A DNA stretch of 64,000 nucleotides. It comes from an uncultured Acidobacteriaceae bacterium. GTDB taxonomy: Bacteria > Acidobacteriota > Terriglobia > Terriglobales > Acidobacteriaceae. Position 1 is the first letter of the stretch. Every line of letters starts with the position of its first letter. The translations under genes and the position numbers were made by a program. The stretch is from positions 87,741 to 151,740 of the forward strand of contig CAWDPH010000008.1 of assembly GCA_963804135.1 (NCBI GenBank), given 5' to 3'. The notes beneath the pieces were generated by a model, which searched no databases, was not told where the DNA came from, and saw only the letters and a list, made by a program, of their open reading frames with translations. Of this stretch, positions 16,871-29,897 are shown piece after piece.

Positions 16871-16915
16871 CTGCCTACAACCGTTATTAAATCCGCTCTG
16901 GCCACCACCAGTTCC

Positions 16916-18943
<2,028 letters not shown>

Positions 18944-18951
18944 GCGCAGCC

Positions 18952-20751
18952 TCAGAAGGTTTTCCCTGCCATCATCAGCAGGTGTTCAAGTATCGGTCCT
19001 AAACTCAGGGCCGGGAAAAATGTCAGCGCTCCCACGATCACGATCACCGACACCAGCAGAACGGTAAACAGGGGCGTAGTCACCGGGAACGTGCCCGCCG
19101 AAGCGGGCACCGCCCTCTTTTTCGCCAGATTGCCGGCAATCGCGAGCATGGGGATGATCATGAAGAATCGCCCCACCAGCATCGTCATCGCACCTGCGTT
19201 GTTATACCAAAGCGTGTTGCCGTTTATGCCGCCGAACGCGGAGCCATTGTTCCCTGCCGACGACGTAAACAAGTAGAGGATTTGGGTCAAGCCGTGTGGA
19301 CCCGCATTGCTGATGCTCGAGGTGCCAAATCCCTCGACCGATGAAATGCCCGTGAGCACTAGAATGATCAGCGGGAAAACCAGGGTGACCAGCATCGCCA
19401 TCTTCACGTCATAGGCTTCAATCTTCTTGCCCAGATATTCCGGCGTTCGCCCGACCATAAGTCCGGCGATGAACACCGACAGCACCACATAAATCAGAAT
19501 GCCGTACAGGCCAGCGCCCACTCCTCCGAAAACGGTTTCGCTGAGCATGATGTTGACCAGCGGCACCATTCCGCCCAGCGGAGTAAACGAATCGTGTTGG
19601 CCGTTAATGGCGCCACAACTCGCGTCGGTGGTGATGGTGGCAAACAACGCGGAGTTGGCGATGCCAAAGCGCACTTCCTTGCCTTCCATGTTGCCGCCCG
19701 GCTGCATCGCGGTGGCGTGGTGGTCGACTCCGTGCAGCAGAGGATTGCCTCGGGACTCGGCCCAGTAAGCCGTCGTAACCCCGCACAGGAACAGAATCGC
19801 CATCGCCGCCCAGACCGCCCAGCCGTGACGCTGCGACTTAGTCATTCGGCCCAGCGTATACGTGAGACCTGCCGGGATCGCGAAGATGGAAAGCATTTGC
19901 AGAAGGTTGCTGAGCGGTGTGGGATTCTCAAAGGGATGGGCGCTGTTGGCGTTGAAAAATCCGCCGCCATTCGTGCCCAGCATCTTGATCGCCTCTTGAG
20001 AAGCAACCGGTCCTTGTGCGATGGTCTGATCGGTCACGGTGTCCATCACCGCTTTGCCGTCCGGCCCAACCATCGGCTTGCCGTCGGTTCCCGTCTTCTG
20101 GACCTGTTGCGGCTCGATCAGTTTGGCCGTGTCGTACGGCTTGAGGTTTTGCACGACTCCCTGCGAAACCAGGAGCAGGGCATAGACGATGCAGGCAGGC
20201 AACAGTACCCATAGGGTGGAACGGGTCATGTCGACCCAGAAGTTTCCGATGGTTTCTTTTTCCTTGCGCGCGATGCCGCGAATGAACGCGATCGCCAGCG
20301 CGATCCCGACGGCCGCCGACGCAAAATTGTGGTAAGCCAGGCCAGCCATCTGTGTGAGATAGCTCATGGTCGACTCGCCCGAATAGTTCTGCCAATTGGT
20401 GTTCGTCGTGAACGACGCGGCGGTGTTAAAGGCCAGCGCTGGAGGGACGGCGGCAAACTTCTGCGGGTTCCACCATGGCAGTAAATGCTGCGCGCGCTCC
20501 AGCAGATAGAGCAGCAGCATGGAAGCGCCGCTGAACAGCAGCATGGTGACGGCGTATTCCGTCCAGCGCATCTCGCGTTCCTCATCGACGCCGGTGACGC
20601 GGTAAAGCAACCGTTCGATCGGACGGACCAAGGGGTCGAGAAAAGTGCGTTCCCGGTTGAACACTTTCGCCATGTACACGCCGAGCGGCTTCGTGATCGC
20701 CAGAATCAGAGCTAGAAATACGCCGATCTGTATCCAGCCATTGGTTGTCAT
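18952..20751 (-). CDS. kdpA: potassium-transporting ATPase subunit A
   Basis: 599 aa polytopic protein. [16 protein letters not shown] start and [20 protein letters not shown] selectivity-filter region. Confidence 0.97.
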   Translation of the reverse strand: MTTNGWIQIGVFLALILAITKPLGVYMAKVFNRERTFLDPLVRPIERLLYRVTGVDEEREMRWTEYAVTMLLFSGASMLLLYLLERAQHLLPWWNPQKFAAVPPALAFNTAASFTTNTNWQNYSGESTMSYLTQMAGLAYHNFASAAVGIALAIAFIRGIARKEKETIGNFWVDMTRSTLWVLLPACIVYALLLVSQGVVQNLKPYDTAKLIEPQQVQKTGTDGKPMVGPDGKAVMDTVTDQTIAQGPVASQEAIKMLGTNGGGFFNANSAHPFENPTPLSNLLQMLSIFAIPAGLTYTLGRMTKSQRHGWAVWAAMAILFLCGVTTAYWAESRGNPLLHGVDHHATAMQPGGNMEGKEVRFGIANSALFATITTDASCGAINGQHDSFTPLGGMVPLVNIMLSETVFGGVGAGLYGILIYVVLSVFIAGLMVGRTPEYLGKKIEAYDVKMAMLVTLVFPLIILVLTGISSVEGFGTSSISNAGPHGLTQILYLFTSSAGNNGSAFGGINGNTLWYNNAGAMTMLVGRFFMIIPMLAIAGNLAKKRAVPASAGTFPVTTPLFTVLLVSVIVIVGALTFFPALSLGPILEHLLMMAGKTF

Positions 20752-20752
20752 T

Positions 20753-20842
20753 TCAGAATTTCTCCGGTCTTAGCAACGCGTACAGGAGGTAGACCATCAA
20801 TCCTGCACTTACAATCAGCATAATGATCGATTCAGCATTCAT
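20753..20842 (-). CDS. kdpF: potassium-transporting ATPase subunit F (29 aa, not in ORF track)
   Basis: Hand translation gives [29 protein letters not shown]. The stop is 1 nt before the kdpA ATG. The YALLRPEKF ending is typical of KdpF. Confidence 0.8.
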   Translation of the reverse strand: MNAESIIMLIVSAGLMVYLLYALLRPEKF

Positions 20843-20869
20843 AATTGATTTGCCTCAGGCCATTTATCC

Positions 20870-20956
20870 TCAGCGAATTCGATCGCAGAACTGCACATAA
20901 CCCAGCGACAGCAGGAAGAACGCTATCGCGACCACGACAAAGATCAGGTCTTGCAC
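20870..20956 (-). CDS. 28-aa hydrophobic micropeptide upstream of kdpF (not in ORF track)
   Basis: GTG at 20956 preceded by GGAGGAGG (4-nt spacer). Translation is VQDLIFVVVAIAFFLLSLGYVQFCDRIR, a single TM helix. Confidence 0.45.
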   Translation of the reverse strand: MQDLIFVVVAIAFFLLSLGYVQFCDRIR

Positions 20957-20994
20957 GGAACCTCCTCCAAATGTGGACTACCTTCTTGTCACAA

Positions 20995-22770
20995 TCAGAA
21001 TTTCACCATGATGTCGATGTCGACCAGCGACTCGTCCCTGCGAAGATCAGGGAACCATACGGTGCTGCCTTGTGCCCCGCAGGCCGTTTGCGCGCCGCTG
21101 AGGGTCATGGACATGGACGAATTTCCGTCGTTGCAAGCGAAAAATTGGGGATACCCGTTGTTGGTATAGGGCACTCCACCAGAACCGGGCGGCGTAACTC
21201 CGCCGCGACCCGTCCAATACGGCACGTTCGCGTGGCGATAGTCGTACTCCCAGCGGAACGTGAGCCACTGCCTGGGCATGTAATCGTAGGTTACCGACAC
21301 ATCCCAGGCCTTGAATGGATCGCCGGGGTTCCCGGTAAAATAGGGGGCGTTGATCGCCGCGGAGGGTGCAGTCTCGCCGTTGATAGGCGGGAGCAGGACC
21401 AGATAGCGTCCCGGATTGTTAATCTGGCCGCCTCCTATGGTTAGTCCGTATGTATCCTTCTTGAACCAGGCGCGGTTATAAAGCATGTAGCCGACAAAGC
21501 TCTGCTTGGGACCGCCCGAAGTATTCCCGTGGCAGCTCACCCCGCCGCCAAATTCGCAACCCAGATCGCCAGTGAAGGAAAACGCCATCTTGTCGAGGCG
21601 GTTTCCCGGTTTGTCGTAATACTTGATCTCGATACTGTCGTCGGTGTGGATGCGGCCGCGCTTCGGTATGTATAAGTCGTCGTGGCCAAGGCCGTAATTG
21701 TTGGAGATGATGTTCATCCAGGGTCTCGGGGTCCACTTGATCTGCCCACCCACGCCCTTCCTCGAATTGGCAGAGCCATACGATTGCCATCCATTGATGA
21801 GCCATGGCTCGATCTTCAAGTGGGGGGTGGGGAAGATCTGCACTCGCAAGCCTTCGAAAAACCAGGGTGTATTGGAGGAAACGTACGAAGGCTGGTAGGC
21901 CCAGTTGTCGAAGTTGTAATAGCTGAACAGGCCGATGTACGACATGAAAATTCCCGCGTCAATGTTGATCCCGTTCAACGCGTTAATGTGATAGCCGCCG
22001 TACGCTTCCGACAAGTAACGGTCCGCATCGTTGACTGTCCATTGCCCCTTGGCGTAGCTGGGGTCATTGCGCACCGTCGCCGTGGAGTACATACCAAACT
22101 GAGTCATAAATCTGGCGCGCACGTTGTCGTAATGGAAGTCGCCGCCGATGCCGAGCTGCTCCAACTGCATTTCGTTGGCGCGAAAGATTTCGCTCGACCC
22201 GCCTATCGAGTTGTCGACTGGCTTGTTGAAATCATAGTTGTAGGTAATATCGGCACGAATTTCCGGGGTGAAGAATTTCGAGTCGAACGCCGTGTCTTTG
22301 TTGCGCGGGTTGCCGTTGAGCCAGGTCCAGTCCCAATCCGAAAAAGGCGCGATCTTTTCCTTCTTGGTGGACGCGTTGGACGGCGGTGCGGCCTCGGCGC
22401 CGCTCTGCGGTTGCGTGAGAGAGGGCTGCGCCAATAAAGCTGAAGTTAAGGGGACCGCGGGAACATTCGGCCCTTTCGATGCTGCTTCACTTCCTTCCGC
22501 TGTGGATGCCGGCCCTTGCTGCTCGTTTCGCTTTTGCAGTTGGGTTTCCAGTTGTGCGATCCGTGCCTTCATGGCTTCGAGTTCTTTCATGACGGCAGGT
22601 GGAATCGGTTGGTCTGACGTTCCCTCTTGGACGGCGGTGCCCCTTGTGTCAGAAGCGGTCTGCTGCCCGTGCATTGGAAGTGTTAACACCAACGCGCCCA
22701 GCGCCATCAGTAACATGCGCTTCCCTATCGTTTTGCCCATGCTCTTGTCTCGAGTCGTTCCTGGATTCAT
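20995..22770 (-). CDS. putative outer-membrane beta-barrel porin co-oriented upstream of kdpFABC
   Basis: Signal peptide (KRMLLMALGALVLTLPMHG), coiled-coil segment (MKELEAMKARIAQLETQLQK), then an aromatic-rich alternating region ending ...DIDIMVKF (terminal Phe). Start uncertain: 22770 has GGAGA upstream; 22740 also possible. Confidence 0.6.
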   Translation of the reverse strand: MNPGTTRDKSMGKTIGKRMLLMALGALVLTLPMHGQQTASDTRGTAVQEGTSDQPIPPAVMKELEAMKARIAQLETQLQKRNEQQGPASTAEGSEAASKGPNVPAVPLTSALLAQPSLTQPQSGAEAAPPSNASTKKEKIAPFSDWDWTWLNGNPRNKDTAFDSKFFTPEIRADITYNYDFNKPVDNSIGGSSEIFRANEMQLEQLGIGGDFHYDNVRARFMTQFGMYSTATVRNDPSYAKGQWTVNDADRYLSEAYGGYHINALNGINIDAGIFMSYIGLFSYYNFDNWAYQPSYVSSNTPWFFEGLRVQIFPTPHLKIEPWLINGWQSYGSANSRKGVGGQIKWTPRPWMNIISNNYGLGHDDLYIPKRGRIHTDDSIEIKYYDKPGNRLDKMAFSFTGDLGCEFGGGVSCHGNTSGGPKQSFVGYMLYNRAWFKKDTYGLTIGGGQINNPGRYLVLLPPINGETAPSAAINAPYFTGNPGDPFKAWDVSVTYDYMPRQWLTFRWEYDYRHANVPYWTGRGGVTPPGSGGVPYTNNGYPQFFACNDGNSSMSMTLSGAQTACGAQGSTVWFPDLRRDESLVDIDIMVKF

Positions 22771-23147
22771 AAAGATCAGTTCTCCACGTCGCCTGGCCGG
22801 TCCGCCTCGCAGTCGAGCAGCGTTCCCCCCACGTGGCCGGAGTTGCCGGTTCTCTCGGATAAGCGCCGCCAGGAACCACAACAAAAAGGCCACAGCCAGC
22901 GCAATCAACGTGAGCAAGAAATAAATCATTCCGGTGCACTCGGAGGCGGCTTCCGTGCCATCTCGATTAGATTCAGGGCGCCGTAAGAGGGGAGTAAGGA
23001 GTTCGTAAGGAAGTCATAAAGAAAAGTGCCACGTGAACGGTATTGTCGGCTCGGCAGAAGTGGAACGGGGCATCTTTGCAAACAATTTATGAACCCTTTA
23101 TTCAAAATTTGCGGGTTTGTGAATCCGATGATGTGGGGAGGAAAGAC

Positions 23148-23561
23148 ATGACAAACACACATCACATCTTCGGACGGCTCACTACCTTAACTGCTGTCTG
23201 GCTGGTTTTGGCCGCCTGCACTGCGGCGGTCCCTGCGGTTGGACAGGCTTCGACCCACCTCAGCAAGAAGGAACTGAAAGCGCTATCGGCGTCGCCCGCA
23301 GGTCAGGAACGGTTGGCAGCGTACTACCGGGATAAAGCCCAACATCTGAGGGCGAAGGCAGAGGAATTCTCGGCACAGGCGGACTATCTCGCGACGCAGC
23401 CTGCGACCGTTGAATCGAAGCAGGGCATTTCCTGCAACTGCACGAGCCACTACCGCTATTTTTCGAAGCTGTACGCTCAGGAAGCCAAGGATGCGGAGAC
23501 GCTGGCAGCGAAATACCACCAACTCGCGCAGGACTGGCAATCGAAAACGACCCAGCTGTAG
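23148..23561 (+). CDS. hypothetical secreted helical protein
   Basis: ATG at 23148 with GGGGAGGAAAG upstream. Signal peptide LTAVWLVLAACTAAVPAVGQA. No family recognised. Confidence 0.5.
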   Translation: MTNTHHIFGRLTTLTAVWLVLAACTAAVPAVGQASTHLSKKELKALSASPAGQERLAAYYRDKAQHLRAKAEEFSAQADYLATQPATVESKQGISCNCTSHYRYFSKLYAQEAKDAETLAAKYHQLAQDWQSKTTQL

Positions 23562-23647
23562 TTGAAGAGCCAACCACCCCAGCCGGCGAAAAGCGCGCGG
23601 TCTGGGGACCCCGGCGGGGGCGGCTGTCCCTCGCAAGTTTTCGCGGG

Positions 23648-24340
23648 TCAATCTCCGGGCTCGAAGCGGTAACCAACCCAGGGATCGGTCACGATGTATC
23701 GGGGGGAATTTGGCGAGGGCTCAAGCTTCTTGCGGAGCTGTGCCACGAACACGCGCAGATATTCAACCTGTTCTGTACTCGCACCACCCCACACGGCCGC
23801 GAGCAAGGCGCGATGGGTCACCACTTTGCCGGGGTGGCGGGCGAGATAGACGAGCAAGTCGAATTCTTTCGGCGTTAGGTGGACGGCACGGTCTTTCACT
23901 AAAACGCTGCGGGCTCCGGGATCGATCTTGAAGTCGCCCGCTTCGATCGGCCCGAGTTCCGACTCTTCCGTGCGCGAGCGGCGGAAACTGGCGCGGACGC
24001 GCGCCAGGAGTTCCTCCATGCCGAACGGCTTGGTGATGTAATCGTCGGCGCCCGCATCCAGCGCCTGAACCTTGGTGCGCTCTTCACCGCGCACCGAGAG
24101 CACGATGATGGGAATCTGCGTCTTCGTCCGCAGCCGCCGGCACAACTCCAGGCCGTCCATGTTGGGCATGGCGAGGTCGGTGATGACCATATCCGGCGAC
24201 CAGTCTTTCATGATCTCGAGCGCAGTCTCGCCGTCGTTGGCCACGCGAATGTCGTATCCGTGACTGGACAGAGAAGTCCGCAGCACCCGCGTGATCTGGG
24301 ATTCATCGTCGACGACCAGAATGTGTTTATGGTCGGGCAT
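23648..24340 (-). CDS. kdpE: OmpR-family response regulator KdpE
   Basis: Receiver domain plus winged helix. VLSVRGEERTKVQALDAGADDYITKPFGMEELLAR is KdpE-like. The ATG lies 5 nt after the stop of the kdpD N-terminal gene. Confidence 0.9.
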   Translation of the reverse strand: MPDHKHILVVDDESQITRVLRTSLSSHGYDIRVANDGETALEIMKDWSPDMVITDLAMPNMDGLELCRRLRTKTQIPIIVLSVRGEERTKVQALDAGADDYITKPFGMEELLARVRASFRRSRTEESELGPIEAGDFKIDPGARSVLVKDRAVHLTPKEFDLLVYLARHPGKVVTHRALLAAVWGGASTEQVEYLRVFVAQLRKKLEPSPNSPRYIVTDPWVGYRFEPGD

Positions 24341-24345
24341 GACGA

Positions 24346-25470
24346 CTAGCCGGGTTCCTGGGTCACAATGTGCACGTCCACGGCCGGGGCGTCGCGCAAA
24401 AACTGATGGATCGCGGAAAGATAGAAATACCGCTTCCAGCCCCGCGTGGCGGAGCGCCCAAAGACTACCTGCGTGATGTGTTTCTGGTTGACGAATTCCG
24501 CGACGGCATGGGCCACGCTCTTTCCCTTTAGCCGCGCCACCGACGCTCCAACGTTTTCGGCAAAGCGAATGTTCGCGGCCAGCGTTCGCTGATTGGCTTC
24601 GCTTGTGTCCTGCCCCAGGTCGGTGTAGACGACAAAGAACTCGGCATTCATCGCCTGGGCCATGCGCGCCCCGCGCGCCACCAGATACTGCGCCGCTGGA
24701 TTCGAACTGATGCAGACCGCGATGCTTTCGCGGATGGCAACCGGCGCTCGATCGTCCGCTTGGTCTCCGCGATGCTGTTCCAGGCTTAGATCCACCTGTT
24801 GGGCCACCTGGCGCAAGGCCAGCTCGCGCAAAGCGATCAGGTTCGTCTCGCGGAAGAAATTTTCCAGCGCCCGTCCCACTCGTTCCTGCGGATAGACGTC
24901 GCCGCGCCGCATACGGTTCTGCAGCGCCTCCGGAGTCAGGTCGATCATCACCACTTCGTTGACTCTTTGCAGCACCCAGTCGGGAACGGTTTCGCGCACC
25001 TGGATGCCGGTGACTCCCTGCACCGTCGGGGTTACGCTCTCCAGATGCTGGATGTTCATGGTGGAAAGAACATCGATTCCCGCGTCCAGCAGCTCCAGCA
25101 CGTCTTCATAGCGCTTGCGATGCTTGCTGCCCTCGATATTGGTGTGCGCCAGTTCGTCCACCAGCGCGACCCGAGGGTGGCGCGAGAGAATGGCATCGAC
25201 GTCCATCTCTTCGAAGAGCGCGCCCTTGTACTCGATCGCTTTGCGCGGCACCGCTTCCAGATTCGTGAGCAGATCTGCCACGGTTTTCCGTCCGTGGGTT
25301 TCCACCACTCCGATCGCCACATCCTCGCCGCGGCTGTGCCGCCGGATCGCCTCGGTCAGCATGGTGTGGGTCTTGCCCACGCCGGGGGCGTATCCAAGAA
25401 AGAGCTTGAACACGCCTCCCTTCTTTGTCGGCGAAACGTCCGCCAGCCACTGTTCGGGAGTCTTGGGCAT
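24346..25470 (-). CDS. kdpD: KdpD N-terminal sensor domain plus Usp domain (stand-alone; no kinase domain)
   Basis: 374 aa. FLGYAPGVGKTHTML Walker-A-like motif and the rest of the KdpD N-terminal domain, then a Usp-like domain. Ends before any TM or HisKA region. Confidence 0.9.
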   Translation of the reverse strand: MPKTPEQWLADVSPTKKGGVFKLFLGYAPGVGKTHTMLTEAIRRHSRGEDVAIGVVETHGRKTVADLLTNLEAVPRKAIEYKGALFEEMDVDAILSRHPRVALVDELAHTNIEGSKHRKRYEDVLELLDAGIDVLSTMNIQHLESVTPTVQGVTGIQVRETVPDWVLQRVNEVVMIDLTPEALQNRMRRGDVYPQERVGRALENFFRETNLIALRELALRQVAQQVDLSLEQHRGDQADDRAPVAIRESIAVCISSNPAAQYLVARGARMAQAMNAEFFVVYTDLGQDTSEANQRTLAANIRFAENVGASVARLKGKSVAHAVAEFVNQKHITQVVFGRSATRGWKRYFYLSAIHQFLRDAPAVDVHIVTQEPG

Positions 25471-25517
25471 CGCGCTTATTGTCGTTGAGAGATGTGAGTT
25501 TGTCGATGCATGAACAA

Positions 25518-25621
25518 GGTCAGAGGTGAGAGGTCAGATTGCAGAGGTGAAATCCCGGCATCCAGGGTGCCCTTTTGTGTGACCGGTCTAACCTCTGCAA
25601 TCGGACCTCTAACCTCTGACC
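25518..25621. repeat. Family-D inverted-repeat element in the divergent kdpD-N / kinase promoter region
   Basis: GGTCAGAGGTGAGAGGTCAGATTGCAGAGGT (25518-25548). The reverse complement of 25591-25621 is GGTCAGAGGTTAGAGGTCCGATTGCAGAGGT. Confidence 0.85.
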
Positions 25622-25644
25622 TCGCTTTGTCATACAATCGCCTC

Positions 25645-27123
25645 GTGCACGCCGCCGCCAGATTTGTATCGGGATACCTGATCGCGGCGCTGTCTGTCGC
25701 TGGGATTACTCTCGTCGGCTACCGCTGGCTTCATCTGAATCCGACCACGATCGCGCTCGCCTTCCTGCTCGGCGTCCTCGGGATTTCGGCTTCCTGGGGC
25801 ATACGGCAAGCCGTTTTCATGTCGGTGATTGCCACCCTCGCGTTCAATTATTATTTCCTGCCTCCGATCGGCACTTTTACCATCGCCGATCCGCAGAACT
25901 GGATCGCACTCTTCGCCTTCCTGGTCACCGCAGTCACGGCCAGCGAACTGTCGGCGCGCGCCCGTCGCGGGACGCGCGCTGCCGTCGAGCGCCAGCAGGA
26001 ACTGGAACGCCTCTACGCCTTCAGCCAGTTGCTGCTATCGAGCGACAACCCGGCCGAGTTGTTGAACTTGATTCCCCGCTACATCGTCGAATCTTTTGGT
26101 ATCCGGTCGGCGGCAGTTTCGTTGTCGAGCCGCAGCGACGTTTATCGTTCTGGCCCCACCATCGATGGGTTGGAGTCGCGCGATCTCCAATTGATCTGCT
26201 TGCGCGGTGAACCTCGATTTGATGCTGCTCATGAGCTGGCCTTCATGCCGCTCCGCATGGGCATGCGCGTGGTGGGGTGCATGGGCGTCTCCGGTTCGGA
26301 GCTTTCGCGGCAAACCCTGGAGGCCATCGGCAGCCTGGTGGCCATCTCCGTCGAGCGCGCGGGCGCCGTCGAGAAACTCAGCCGCGCGGAGGCCGCCCGC
26401 GAAAGCGAGCAATTGCGCTCCGTCCTACTCGATTCGGTCACGCATGAGTTCCGCACTCCGCTGACCGCCATCAAAGCGTCGGTGACGTCGCTGCTCGGCA
26501 GCCCGAGTCGTTCGTCGGACGGTCATTTGCCGGAGGCTCATTCGCCCGGCCATACTGACGAAGAAAGACAGGAACTGCTGACCATCATCAACGAAGAAAG
26601 CGACCGCTTGAACCGGCTGGTAGGAGAAGCCGCCGAGATGGCGCAGTTGGATGCCAACAAAGTGGAATTTCGCTTCGCATCCGCGTCCATCGGCAGCGTG
26701 GTCGAGGAAGCGCTCGACGAACTGAAGCAACTCCTGGTGCACCATCCGGTGGACGTCAGAATTCCCGCCGGCCTTCCCAACGCGCGCATGGACCCCGCTC
26801 ACATCAAGGAGGTCCTCGTGCACCTGATCGAAAACGCAGCCAAGTACTCACCCGCCGACGCTCCCATCCGCATCACTGCGGAAGCCAAGGACCAGACCCT
26901 CACCATCAATATTGCCGATCGCGGTCCCGGTATCGACGATTTCGAGCAATCGCTCGTCTTCGAGAAGTTTTATCGCGGACGAAATCAGCGGGTGCAAGTC
27001 CACGGCACCGGCATGGGACTGGCCATCTGCAAAGCCATCGTGGAAGCCCACGGCGGGCGGCTGGGCGTTACCAGCCAGTTGGGGCATGGGTCGGTTTTTT
27101 ACTTCAGCTTGCCGGTGGGGTGA
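25645..27123 (+). CDS. sensor histidine kinase corresponding to the KdpD C-terminal half (membrane domain, GAF-like, HisKA, HATPase)
   Basis: GTG at 25645; the track ORF from 25510 begins inside the repeat. Four TM helices, H-box SVTHEFRTPLTAIK, G-box GTGMGLAICKAIVEAHGG. Confidence 0.85.
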   Translation: MHAAARFVSGYLIAALSVAGITLVGYRWLHLNPTTIALAFLLGVLGISASWGIRQAVFMSVIATLAFNYYFLPPIGTFTIADPQNWIALFAFLVTAVTASELSARARRGTRAAVERQQELERLYAFSQLLLSSDNPAELLNLIPRYIVESFGIRSAAVSLSSRSDVYRSGPTIDGLESRDLQLICLRGEPRFDAAHELAFMPLRMGMRVVGCMGVSGSELSRQTLEAIGSLVAISVERAGAVEKLSRAEAARESEQLRSVLLDSVTHEFRTPLTAIKASVTSLLGSPSRSSDGHLPEAHSPGHTDEERQELLTIINEESDRLNRLVGEAAEMAQLDANKVEFRFASASIGSVVEEALDELKQLLVHHPVDVRIPAGLPNARMDPAHIKEVLVHLIENAAKYSPADAPIRITAEAKDQTLTINIADRGPGIDDFEQSLVFEKFYRGRNQRVQVHGTGMGLAICKAIVEAHGGRLGVTSQLGHGSVFYFSLPVG

Positions 27124-27227
27124 GCGCGGAGGAGTTGACCAGACAATCGCGACTGACGACAACCTGAATTAGTAGCCATCGAGGTTGTCAACAACCTGTT
27201 GAGATACCGCCAACTTCACGGCCTTGA

Positions 27228-27256
27228 TTGACTCGCCTGTTTCGCCCACGTAAGAT
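27228..27256 (+). promoter_or_regulatory. candidate promoter TTGACT-17 nt-TAAGAT, 8 nt upstream of the kinase GTG start
   Basis: Hexamers at 27228-27233 and 27251-27256. The start codon at 27265 would sit at or next to the transcription start. Confidence 0.35.
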
Positions 27257-27264
27257 TTGCGCCA

Positions 27265-29682
<2,418 letters not shown>

Positions 29683-29723
29683 AATACGCCAGGTGTGTGG
29701 GCACTGTCCACCATTGACAGCCC

Positions 29724-29799
29724 TGGTGGGCCCGCCTGGATTCGAACCAGGAACCGACAGATTATGAGTCTGCTGCTCTAACCGTTGAGCTACGGGCCC
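29724..29799 (-). tRNA. tRNA-Met (anticodon CAU), elongator type; tRNA-Ile2 (lysidine) not excluded
   Basis: 76 nt. The sequence GGGCCCGTAGCTCAACGGTTAGAGCAGCAGACTCATAATCTGTCGGTTCCTGGTTCGAATCCAGGCGGGCCCACCA folds as a cloverleaf. Encoded CCA; lacks the initiator features (no 3 GC pairs in the anticodon stem). Confidence 0.85.
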
Positions 29800-29897
29800 C
29801 GCTTCCATATCTTACACATTCGCGGCGAGCGCGGGTTACCACCGTCACACGTCACCCACTCGGGCTCGGGGTATGATTGCCCAGAAGCATCCATGGT

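Noticed and set aside
22771-22929. Using ATG 22929 as the porin start (644-aa version)
   Set aside because: That start would place a TM helix and an Arg-rich stretch ahead of a perfectly good signal peptide. The internal ATG at 22770 has a GGAGA upstream. The extension might be a separate leader peptide, but I have no evidence for that.
29683-29897. tRNA-Met as the attachment site of an integrated element
   Set aside because: There is no integrase, no duplicated tRNA 3' segment, and no compositional break visible on either side within the window.
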